In this document: piece by piece, positions 55,843-64,000 of the stretch
Layout: each line of letters opens with the position of its first letter
Numbering within the stretch: the stretch's first letter is position 1
Assembly: GCA_963813155.1 (NCBI GenBank)
Contig: CAWEYG010000003.1
Coordinates: 288,001 to 352,000 of the forward strand
Length of the DNA stretch: 64,000 nt
Reading direction: 5' to 3'
Source of the DNA: an uncultured Acidobacteriota bacterium
GTDB lineage: Bacteria; Acidobacteriota; Thermoanaerobaculia; UBA5066; DATFVB01
Translations under genes and position numbers: made by a program
Notes under the pieces: model-generated
Databases searched by the model: none
The model's input: the letters and a program-made list of their open reading frames with translations, nothing else
Told to the model about the DNA's origin: nothing

Positions 55843-57330
55843 TCATCCTTTCGCCAAGAGCGCGCGCAGAACGCGGTCCTCGAAGGCGTGGCCCGTGCCG
55901 TCGTTGACCTTCCGGCCGTTCAGGACGATGGCGAAAACGTAGTTCTTGCCGGATGCCGCCGTCGCGTAGCCGGCGAGAGAGTTGACGTGGTCGAGGCTGC
56001 CGGTCTTCGCGAAGACGCGGCCCCGGACCGAACGGTCCCGGAAGCGATGGCGGAGCGTTCCGTCTCCCCCGCCGGACACCGCGAGCGTGGAGACCCAGTC
56101 CTCCGCGATCGAAGAAACCGCCATCTTGCGGAGGAAGGCGACGATGTCGATCGCCGCGACGTGGTTCGCGGGGTTCAGGCCGCTGCCGTCGTGCAGATCG
56201 TAGCGGCCGGGGTTCAAGCCGAGGGAGCCGACGAAGTCCTTCTCGAGCCGCACGGCTTCGGCCCAGGAGCCCTCTTTCCCTTTTTCGGCCGCCAGCGTCT
56301 TGAAGATCTGCTCGGCGTAGAAGCTCTGGCTGCGCTTGTTGGCCACCGCGATCGACGGAAGGAGGTCCGACGTGGTCGTGGCCACGACCGCCCAGCTCGC
56401 GTCGGGTTTCGCCGCCGATTCGGTCACTTTGCCGTCGATCGCGATCCCGTGCTGCGCGAGGCGTTCCTTCAGGACCGTGCCGAAATACCGCGGCGGATCG
56501 TCGATCGCGATCACGGTGGACCAGCCCGAACGATGGAACGGAACGGTGCCGGCGACGCGCACGACCTGGCTTCCGAAGTTCCGGGCGACGGCGAGCCGCG
56601 CCGGGCGGCGCGCGGAAACGGTCGTCGCCGACGACACGGCCTGGAGGAAATTCGTCGGCGGCTCGAATCGGACCGAGGCCGGCGCGCCCGGGCGCGCTCC
56701 GGGCAGGACTGACACCGAGATGCAGTTGTCGTTGAACGAGAGCGCCGAGATGGGCGCCTGGTACCAGCGGGCCTCCTGCCCGGCCGGCCAGCCCGGATTC
56801 CGGTACGCCGAGTCGAAAAACGACGCGTTTAAAATCAGATCCCCGGACACGCGGCTGACTCCGGCCAGACGCAGGCCGTCCGCCCATCGGTCGAAGATCG
56901 CCTCGATGTCGTTCTCGTAGAAGCGACCCGACAGGTTGGGGTCCCCGCCGCCGAGGACGAGGAGCGAACCCGAAAGGAGCCCGTTCGCGATCGTGCCGTT
57001 GCGATACAGCGTCGTCTTGAACCGGTAGTCGCGGCCGAGTCCGGCAAGCGCGGCGGCGGTCGAGAAGATCTTGGAGACGGAGGCGATCGTGAGCGCTCCG
57101 TCGGGGTTCACCGCGAATACCGGAGCCCCGTCCCCCGCCTCCTCGGCGACGACGATGGACACGCCGGCCGGGGACGCCGGGGGACGAAGCGCCGCGCGCG
57201 CGAGCGCCACGCGAAGCTCGGACGCCCCGTCGGACGGTTTTGCCTCGGCTCCGGACGGAACCGCGAGCGGTCCGGCGAGCGCAACGGCGAGGATCGAAAC
57301 GAGGCATTTCTTTTCCAACCCGCTGGCCAT
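55843..57330 (-). CDS. dacB: D-Ala-D-Ala carboxypeptidase/endopeptidase (PBP4, S13)
   Basis: ASVSK, GGGDP, DGSGL, AKTGSL. Confidence 0.92.
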   Translation of the reverse strand: MASGLEKKCLVSILAVALAGPLAVPSGAEAKPSDGASELRVALARAALRPPASPAGVSIVVAEEAGDGAPVFAVNPDGALTIASVSKIFSTAAALAGLGRDYRFKTTLYRNGTIANGLLSGSLLVLGGGDPNLSGRFYENDIEAIFDRWADGLRLAGVSRVSGDLILNASFFDSAYRNPGWPAGQEARWYQAPISALSFNDNCISVSVLPGARPGAPASVRFEPPTNFLQAVSSATTVSARRPARLAVARNFGSQVVRVAGTVPFHRSGWSTVIAIDDPPRYFGTVLKERLAQHGIAIDGKVTESAAKPDASWAVVATTTSDLLPSIAVANKRSQSFYAEQIFKTLAAEKGKEGSWAEAVRLEKDFVGSLGLNPGRYDLHDGSGLNPANHVAAIDIVAFLRKMAVSSIAEDWVSTLAVSGGGDGTLRHRFRDRSVRGRVFAKTGSLDHVNSLAGYATAASGKNYVFAIVLNGRKVNDGTGHAFEDRVLRALLAKG

Positions 57331-57353
57331 CAAGGGATTATAAAATAGAAATC

Positions 57354-59762
57354 TTGATTTTCGACGAAACAACTCGCGTCTTTGAAATATCGGTCCGCGA
57401 ACTGGTGGAAGAAGACGAGAGCTTTCACCGCGTTGGCTTCGAGCGGAGCCGAAGCTGGCGGCGGCTCGCGCTCGGCGGCGAAGCTCATCGTCGAACGCTC
57501 GCATCCCGGATCGACGCCTTCCCGGGCTACCGCGGGGAGGTCTGGGTCTCCGGAGAATTCCAGACTCCGCGCTACCGCGCGATCGTCAGCGGCCGCGCCG
57601 ACGGAATCGTCGAGGGAGAAGAGGGCTCCTGGCTGATCGAGGAATACAAGACCTGCCCCTTCACCGCCGGCGGGATACCCTTCTTCCCTCCGGAGCGGGA
57701 AGCCCGGGCGCGCCGGCAGCTCCTCGTTTACGCAGCGCTCTGGGAGAAAGCGGGCCGCGGACGCGTTCGGACCGCCCTGGTCCTCGTCGACGCCGCGGGG
57801 CGCTTCGAGGAAGCGCGAACGGTCGCCTTCCGCGCGGCGGAAGTCGAAGCGGAAATCGCAGCGACCCTCGAATCGAAGTTCGACCGGCTCGAAAGACTGC
57901 GCGAAGAAAAGCGCGCGAAAGCGGAAGCCGCCGGGACGATCCGCTTCCCGTTCGCCGAGCGACGGCCGATCCAGCGGGAGATGATGGAGGCGATCGACCA
58001 CGCCGCCGCCGAGGGACGGCACCTTCTTCTCCAGAGCCCCACCGGGACCGGAAAGACGGCCGCGGCGCTGCATTCCGCGCTTTCCCAGGCGATGCGCCAG
58101 GGCAAGCGACTTGCTTTCCTGACCGCAAAGACGCTTCAACAGACCCTCGCGGTCGAAACGCTTCGAAAAATCAACGACGGCCAGTTCCGCGTTCTCTGGA
58201 TGCGCGCGAAGGAACGGATGTGCGCGAACGACAGGATTTTCTGCGACGAGGACCATTGCCGCTTCGCCCGCGACTATCCCGTGAAGATGGCTCGATCGGG
58301 GCTCGCCGACCGGCTCCTCGCGACACATCCCGTTCTCGACCCCGACTCGGTCTTCGCGAACGCGCGAGCCGAAGAGGTCTGTCCGTTCGAAGTGCAGATC
58401 GAGCTCGCGCCCCGCGCGGACGTCTTCGTCGGCGACTACAACTACGTCTTCGAGCCGGTGACGGCCCTTCGAGCCTTCGGGCCCGACGAACTGCGAAATT
58501 GCATTCTCGTCGTCGACGAGGCCCACAACCTGCCCGACCGGGCCCGAAAGATCTATTCGCCCTCGATCGACGAGGGCGACGTCGCGCTCATCGAGAATCT
58601 CGCGGCGCTCTCGGTCGGAGACGTCTGGGCCCGGCTCGGCCGCGTCCTCGCGGAGCTCCGCCAGTTCCTTCGTTCCGCGGGCGGGGAGCTGGCGGAGGAA
58701 ACCGGCGCAATCGGCGAGACCGCCTTCTCGGAGGACGATTTCGGCGACTTCCTCGCGCGGTGGGACGAGGCCATGGTGGGGTATTTCGAGTGGAAGCGCG
58801 ACACAAACGACGCCTCGGAGGACGACCCGGTGATCGGCCTTCATTTTTCCGTCGTCCGTTTCGGGGTCGTGCTCCGTTTCGCCGCGGGCAAGCCCGACTT
58901 CGCGAACGTCGTCGAGCGGACGCCGGGCGGCGTGCGCGCTTCGATGATCTGCCTCGACCCCGCGCGCGCTCTCGCGCCGATCCTCAACGCCGCGTCGTCG
59001 ACGATCCTTCTCTCCGCGACGCTCGAGCCGTTCGAGGTCCTGCGCCGCCTGACCGGCCTCTCCCGGGACCGGACCTCCGAGCTCAGCCTTCCGCCGCCGT
59101 TTCCCCGCGAGAATCGCCGCGTGCTCGTCGTCTCTTCGGTCCGGACGACGTTCACGTCTCGGGAAAAGAATTACGACAAAATCGCGGGCCTTCTCGCACG
59201 CATGGCGGACGCCCACGCCGGCAACAACCTCGCCCTGTTCCCCTCCTACAAGTTCCTGCGCGAGGTCTCCAGCCGCCTCCCGCCGATGCAGGCGCGCCTT
59301 CTGGAGCAGCGGGAGCGCCTGACCGACTTCGAGAAGAGCCAGATCCTCGCGGCGCTCGAATCGCCGCCCGAGGAGGGTCTTCTCTTCCTGGCGGTCGCCG
59401 GCGGGATGTACGCGGAAGGCGTGGACTACCCGGGAGAGAAGCTTTCGGGGGTGTTCATCGTGTCCCCATCCCTCCCCCAGGTTTCGTTCGAGCGTCAGCT
59501 CCTGAAGCGGTATTTCGACGAGCACGACGAGTCGGGTTTCGAGTTCGCGTACATCCAGCCGGGCATGACGCGCGTGATCCAGGCCGCGGGCCGGCTCATC
59601 CGCTCGGAGAGCGACCGGGGCGTCGTCGCGCTGCTGTGCCGGCGTTTCGTGGAAGAGCCGTACCAGCGATACCTCCCGCGCGATTGGTACGACGTGAGCC
59701 CGGAGGAGCTCGTGACGCGAGACCCGGAGGGAGCCGTCCGGGAGTTTTTCGCGAATGGATAG
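57354..59762 (+). CDS. DinG/XPD-family Fe-S helicase with N-terminal PD-(D/E)XK-like domain
   Basis: GRADG..IEEYKT, PTGTGKT, Cys cluster, [13 protein letters not shown]. Confidence 0.9.
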   Translation: MIFDETTRVFEISVRELVEEDESFHRVGFERSRSWRRLALGGEAHRRTLASRIDAFPGYRGEVWVSGEFQTPRYRAIVSGRADGIVEGEEGSWLIEEYKTCPFTAGGIPFFPPEREARARRQLLVYAALWEKAGRGRVRTALVLVDAAGRFEEARTVAFRAAEVEAEIAATLESKFDRLERLREEKRAKAEAAGTIRFPFAERRPIQREMMEAIDHAAAEGRHLLLQSPTGTGKTAAALHSALSQAMRQGKRLAFLTAKTLQQTLAVETLRKINDGQFRVLWMRAKERMCANDRIFCDEDHCRFARDYPVKMARSGLADRLLATHPVLDPDSVFANARAEEVCPFEVQIELAPRADVFVGDYNYVFEPVTALRAFGPDELRNCILVVDEAHNLPDRARKIYSPSIDEGDVALIENLAALSVGDVWARLGRVLAELRQFLRSAGGELAEETGAIGETAFSEDDFGDFLARWDEAMVGYFEWKRDTNDASEDDPVIGLHFSVVRFGVVLRFAAGKPDFANVVERTPGGVRASMICLDPARALAPILNAASSTILLSATLEPFEVLRRLTGLSRDRTSELSLPPPFPRENRRVLVVSSVRTTFTSREKNYDKIAGLLARMADAHAGNNLALFPSYKFLREVSSRLPPMQARLLEQRERLTDFEKSQILAALESPPEEGLLFLAVAGGMYAEGVDYPGEKLSGVFIVSPSLPQVSFERQLLKRYFDEHDESGFEFAYIQPGMTRVIQAAGRLIRSESDRGVVALLCRRFVEEPYQRYLPRDWYDVSPEELVTRDPEGAVREFFANG

Positions 59763-60153
59763 GGGGCCCCGCCTCACCGTCGATTCGCTGACGCTCGACC
59801 CGAGCGGCCGCGTCCTGCTCATCCGCCGCGGCCGTCCACCGTTCGAGGGCCGTTGGGCCCTTCCGGGCGGCTTCGTCGAGATCGGCGAAACCGTCGAAGA
59901 GGCGTGCATCCGCGAAACCCGGGAAGAAACCGGCGTCGATGTCGAAATCGATTCGATTCTGGGCGTCTTTTCGCGCCCCGATCGCGATCCCCGGGGACAC
60001 ACGGTTTCGATCGTCTTTCGCTGCCGACTCGTCGGCGGATCGGCCGCCGGAGGCGACGACGCGGCGGAAGCCCGCTGGTTCGGCCTGGAGCAGGCGAAGT
60101 CCCTCCCGCTGGCGTTCGATCACGCCGAAATCGTCGCGCGGCTCGAGTCGTGA
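59755..60153 (+). CDS. NUDIX hydrolase
   Basis: PGGFVEIGE...RETREETG Nudix box, RDPR, LAFDH. Confidence 0.93.
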   Translation: MDRGPRLTVDSLTLDPSGRVLLIRRGRPPFEGRWALPGGFVEIGETVEEACIRETREETGVDVEIDSILGVFSRPDRDPRGHTVSIVFRCRLVGGSAAGGDDAAEARWFGLEQAKSLPLAFDHAEIVARLES

Positions 60154-61017
60154 TCGCCTTTCCGGAGTTCGGGGCGACGATTCTTCCGCACCCGGCGCGG
60201 CCCGGGATTTCCGTGGTCGCCGAGTTCGCGCTTCCGACCGGCTCCTTCAAGGACCGCGGCGCGGCCGCGGTCGTCGCGGGCGCGAAGGCATCCGCCGCCC
60301 GACGGGTCACGCTCGACTCTTCCGGCAACGCGGGCCTCGCTGTCGCGGCCGCCGCGGCCCGCGCGGGTCTCTCTTCGGTCATCCGCGTCGCCGCCTCGAT
60401 CTCCCCCGAAAAAGCGGCCCTCCTCCGCGCGACCGGCGCCCGCCTCGAGACGTATCCCACCCGGGCGGAGGCCGCCGCGGCGTGCGTCCGCGACTCGGAG
60501 TCCTACGACGCGAGCCACGTTCGAAACCCCCTTTTCCGCGCGGGCGTCGCGACGCTGGCCCGTGCCTGGATCGCAAACGCCTCGATCCCGGAGGTCGTCT
60601 ACCTGCCGGTCGGCAACGGGTCTCTCCTGCTCGGCCTGTGGGACGGCCTTCTCGCGCTTCGCGAAAGCGGCCGGATCGACGCTCTCCCGCGGCTCGTCGC
60701 CGTGCAGGCCGAGCGGTGCGCGCCGATTTCGCGCCCGGAATCTCCGGGAGACGGCGTGACGATCGCGGACGGCTGCGCGATCCTCCAACCGCCGGCGGCG
60801 GACGAGATCCGGGCGGCCATCGCGGCGAGCGGCGGCGATGCCGTGACGGCGACGGAGGAGGAGATCGAGCGGGCCTGGGTCGGAGCCTGGCGATGCTGGA
60901 TTTCCGATCGAACCGACGTCCGCGCTTGCGTTCGCGGCCCTGGCGCGCTCCGGGAATTCGGCTCCGTCGGCCGTCATCGCGACCGGATCGGGGCTCAAAG
61001 CTCCTCCCCACCGCTAG
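60150..61017 (+). CDS. PLP-dependent threonine synthase-like protein (frameshift near 60895)
   Basis: [26 protein letters not shown] in the shifted frame. Confidence 0.8.
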
Positions 61018-61033
61018 AGTGAACGACGGGAGG

Positions 61034-61207
61034 CTAGGACCCCGTTTTCTCCGGAAAATTCCCCTTCAGCCACGACTTCTTGTTGCGATTCCACTCGTCT
61101 TCGGTTCGTTTCCGATTGATCTCGGCCGCGCGCGCGCGGCGCTCGTCGTCCGCGGCCGGATCGGGCGCGCCGGCGGAACCCGGGTTCTCGCTGTCCGATT
61201 CGCTCAT
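61034..61207 (-). CDS. Small charged protein, 57 aa (not in ORF track)
   Basis: MSESDSENPG...EINRKRTEDEWNRNKKSWLKGNFPEKTGS; TAGAAT 7 nt before ATG. Confidence 0.5.
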   Translation of the reverse strand: MSESDSENPGSAGAPDPAADDERRARAAEINRKRTEDEWNRNKKSWLKGNFPEKTGS

Positions 61208-61217
61208 GGAGGCGATT

Positions 61218-62516
61218 CTACTCGACGAGCGCGGATCGTCGAACCGTGAGGACGGTCGTGCTGACGGCCGCGAGCAGGATGCCGTTGAAGACGAGCACCG
61301 CGGTCACCGACGTCCTCGCGGCGACGGCTCCCGCGATCACGTTTCCGAGAGGGATCGCTCCCCGGAAAGCGAGCATGTAGACCGATCCCACGCGGCCCCG
61401 CATCTCGTCCGGCACGACGGTCTGGACCAGCGACATCAACATGGTGAAAACCATCGACAGCGCGACGCCGCCGCAGAACAGCAGCGCGCAGGAAAGCGTG
61501 AAGTTCCGCGAGAGAGCGAACGCCACGATGATTGCGGCGAAAACGACCTGGGCCGAAACCGCGCGGATGCCCTTGCGCCCGGAATGCGAGAGCCGCGCCG
61601 CCGCGACGGCGCCGAGCACCGCGCCGACTCCGAAGAACGTCAGGAAGCGGCCATAGGCGCGAACGTCTTTCGCGAAGATCGCCTTCGCAAAGACCGGCAG
61701 GAACGTGGTCAACGGAAAAGCGAGAAAGCTCCCCGCGAAAGCGAGGAGAATGAGCGCCGTCAACGCCGGCGTCCGCCGGATGAAAGCCAGGCTCTCGCGG
61801 AGGCTCTGGGCCACCGGCGGATGCTTTCCCGCTTTCCGGACGAAGCGGTTCCCGATCAGCAGCAGGGCCGCGATGACGACGAAGAAGGAAAGCCCGTTGA
61901 GCCCGAAACACACGGGCGCCCCGTACTTCTGGTACGCGGCCGCCGCCAGCACCGGGCCAACGACGCGCGCGAGATTGAACTGAGTCGACTGAAGGGACAC
62001 GGCGTTCGGTACGTCCTCTTTCTCGACGAGAGTGGGGACGAGCGCCTGATAGGCGGGGCCGCCGAAGGATTGGGCGACGCCCGTCAGGAAGGAGAGCAGA
62101 AGGATGTGCCAGATGTGGACCTGGTGGAACCAGACGAGCGCGCCGAGAACGAACGCGTTCGTGAGTTGGACGATCTGGGAGCAGAGCAGGATCTTTCGCC
62201 GGTCATACCGGTCGGCGACGACTCCACCGATCAGGGAAAACAGAATGAACGGCGCGTCGCCGAGAAAGGCGTCCAGACCCAGCCAGAACGCCGAGCGCGT
62301 CATGTCGAAGATCAGCCAGTTCTGCGCCACCTCCTGCATCCAGGTCCCACAGGAGGAGGTGAACGATCCGGACCAGAGCAGGCGGTAATCCCGATACGAA
62401 AAGGCCCGAAACGTTTTTCGCCAGCCCCTCGCGTCCGCGGCCGGACTCTCCGGGATCGACGAGATCCTCGGGGATTCGTCAGCGCCGGGCGAATCGCCGA
62501 TTTCCTTGTCGCCCAT
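61218..62516 (-). CDS. MFS transporter
   Basis: GTWMQ, GGVVADRYDRR, FNLARVVGP, MRGRV. Confidence 0.93.
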   Translation of the reverse strand: MGDKEIGDSPGADESPRISSIPESPAADARGWRKTFRAFSYRDYRLLWSGSFTSSCGTWMQEVAQNWLIFDMTRSAFWLGLDAFLGDAPFILFSLIGGVVADRYDRRKILLCSQIVQLTNAFVLGALVWFHQVHIWHILLLSFLTGVAQSFGGPAYQALVPTLVEKEDVPNAVSLQSTQFNLARVVGPVLAAAAYQKYGAPVCFGLNGLSFFVVIAALLLIGNRFVRKAGKHPPVAQSLRESLAFIRRTPALTALILLAFAGSFLAFPLTTFLPVFAKAIFAKDVRAYGRFLTFFGVGAVLGAVAAARLSHSGRKGIRAVSAQVVFAAIIVAFALSRNFTLSCALLFCGGVALSMVFTMLMSLVQTVVPDEMRGRVGSVYMLAFRGAIPLGNVIAGAVAARTSVTAVLVFNGILLAAVSTTVLTVRRSALVE

Positions 62517-62550
62517 CTTTCGTATAACGTCCTCGCCCGGGAGAATATAC

Positions 62551-64000
62551 GTGAAACACCTTCGACGGTTTCGAATCCTTCTCGGATTTTTCCTCTTCTG
62601 CGGGAGCCTCCAGGCTCAGGCTCCCGACCCGGGCGCGGATCACGGCGCCGCCGCGCTGCACAGCGATCTCCTTCGCCTCCGCACGACCGCGAGCGTTCTG
62701 CAGGTCACCGCGCATCCCGACGACGAAGACGGAGGCCTCCTGACTCTCCTGTCCCGCGGACGCGGCGTCCGAACCGGCCTCGTCTCCCTCACGCGCGGCG
62801 AAGGAGGGCAGAACAAAATCGGCTCGGAGCTCTTCGACGAGCTCGGCCTCACGCGAACCGAGGAGCTGCGCGCTTCCGCCGCTTACTACGGCGTTTCGCT
62901 CTTCTTCACCCGCGCGGTCGACTACGGCTACTCCAAGACGATTTCCGAGGCGCTCGAGAAGTGGCAATTCTCCGAACGCGACGGCGGGCCGGTCGTCGAG
63001 GACCTCGTCCGGGTGATCCGGAGGTTTCGCCCCGAAGTCCTCGTCGCGCGCTTCAGCGGAACTCCGCGCGACAGCCATGCGCACCACCAGGCGTCCGCGG
63101 TCCTCGCGCGGAAGGCCTTTGCGGAGGCGGGGAATCCCTCCGCATTCCCCGAGCTTCTGCGGGAAGGTCTTGCTCCCTGGCAGCCGAAGAAGCTCTACAT
63201 CGGCATCCTCCGGGCCAACGAGGAATGGACGGTTTCCGAGGATGTCGGCGTTTACGACCCCCTCCTCGGGCTCTCCTACTCCCAGCTCGCCTGGGAAGGG
63301 CTCGCCCACCAGCGCACCCAGGGGGTCGGGCAGGTGCGGCCGGATCCCGGGTCGCGAACCGTCTATTACAAGCGCATCGACGGAACACCGCTCGCCGCCG
63401 TGGGGTCCGACGGAAAGATCGAGAATCCTTTCCACGAGGGGCCCGCGAAGCCGGAGAAGGATTTCTTCGACGGCCTCGACGAATCCGTTCCCGGAATCCG
63501 GGGCCGCCTCGCCAGCCTCGCGGGCGACGAGCTCGCCCGCGACCTCGGCGGACTCGAGAACGCCGCGCAGGAAGCCCTGAGGCGGTTCGACGCAACGCAT
63601 CCCGAGGCCTGCGCGGAGCCTCTCGCCCGGGGCCTCCGGCTCGCCCGCGAGATTCGACGGAAGATCGATTCCTCGCCGGCTCCCGCGGCGGCCCGAAGCG
63701 ACGCGGCCTTCCTGCTCGACGAAAAGATCGCCGAATTCCAGGACGCGCTGAACGATTCCCTCTCTCTCGTGCTGCTCGCCCGCGTCGAGCCGGAGAAAGA
63801 CCCGGGCTCCCCTTTTCCCGGTTTCCGCTTCGCGGTCGACACGATGAAAACGGCCGCCGCCGGCGAATCCTTTCCCGTCGCCGTGACGCTCGTCAACCGC
63901 TCTCCCCTCGCCGTGAAGGTCGTCGCGGCGGAGCTCCTCGCGCCGGCGAGATGGAAAGTCGAGCTGTCGGAGGGACCGCCTCCGAAAAGCGTCGATCCGA
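62551..64000 (+). CDS. PIG-L/LmbE-family deacetylase, runs off window
   Basis: Manual translation from GTG 62551: signal peptide, VTAHPDDED, TRGEGGQN, TRAVDYGYSK, HAHH. Confidence 0.88.
   Translation, partial: MKHLRRFRILLGFFLFCGSLQAQAPDPGADHGAAALHSDLLRLRTTASVLQVTAHPDDEDGGLLTLLSRGRGVRTGLVSLTRGEGGQNKIGSELFDELGLTRTEELRASAAYYGVSLFFTRAVDYGYSKTISEALEKWQFSERDGGPVVEDLVRVIRRFRPEVLVARFSGTPRDSHAHHQASAVLARKAFAEAGNPSAFPELLREGLAPWQPKKLYIGILRANEEWTVSEDVGVYDPLLGLSYSQLAWEGLAHQRTQGVGQVRPDPGSRTVYYKRIDGTPLAAVGSDGKIENPFHEGPAKPEKDFFDGLDESVPGIRGRLASLAGDELARDLGGLENAAQEALRRFDATHPEACAEPLARGLRLAREIRRKIDSSPAPAAARSDAAFLLDEKIAEFQDALNDSLSLVLLARVEPEKDPGSPFPGFRFAVDTMKTAAAGESFPVAVTLVNRSPLAVKVVAAELLAPARWKVELSEGPPPKSVDP

Noticed and set aside
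57354-57900. Cas4/CRISPR association of the helicase N-terminal nuclease domain
   Set aside because: No array or cas genes; nuclease-DinG fusions occur as standalone repair genes and the context is housekeeping

Overview
High-GC bacterial chromosomal window. The gene set (standalone TonB-C proteins, DUF4388, GldG/DUF4340 ABC cluster, S53 peptidase) suggests Acidobacteriota, but that is inference. Many genes are broken by single-base indels, most likely long-read consensus errors. Most of the window is housekeeping: ABC transporters, thiC, gatAC, pckA, citrate synthase, liv operon, pcnB, speB, dacB. The accessory region at about 7.1-16.7 kb is a chromosomal integron. Its intI (7127-8120) points in the same direction as the cassettes, attI lies downstream of intI (crossover 8310/8311), and 16 cassettes end in attC sites of 61, 64 or 76 bp. 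Main observation: one stop-free reading frame runs through every attC. It usually starts on or next to the stop codon of the upstream cassette gene and ends on the start codon of the next gene (ATGA/GTGA/TGATG overlaps, short gaps or in-frame fusion). The crossover always falls on a codon boundary, so the coupling would survive cassette shuffling. The same chain links intI across attI to cassette 1. Other points: extended complementarity between cassette ends, three TonB-C cassettes, a 279-bp MITE with CTAG ends, and a recurring leaderless-type -10 signature.
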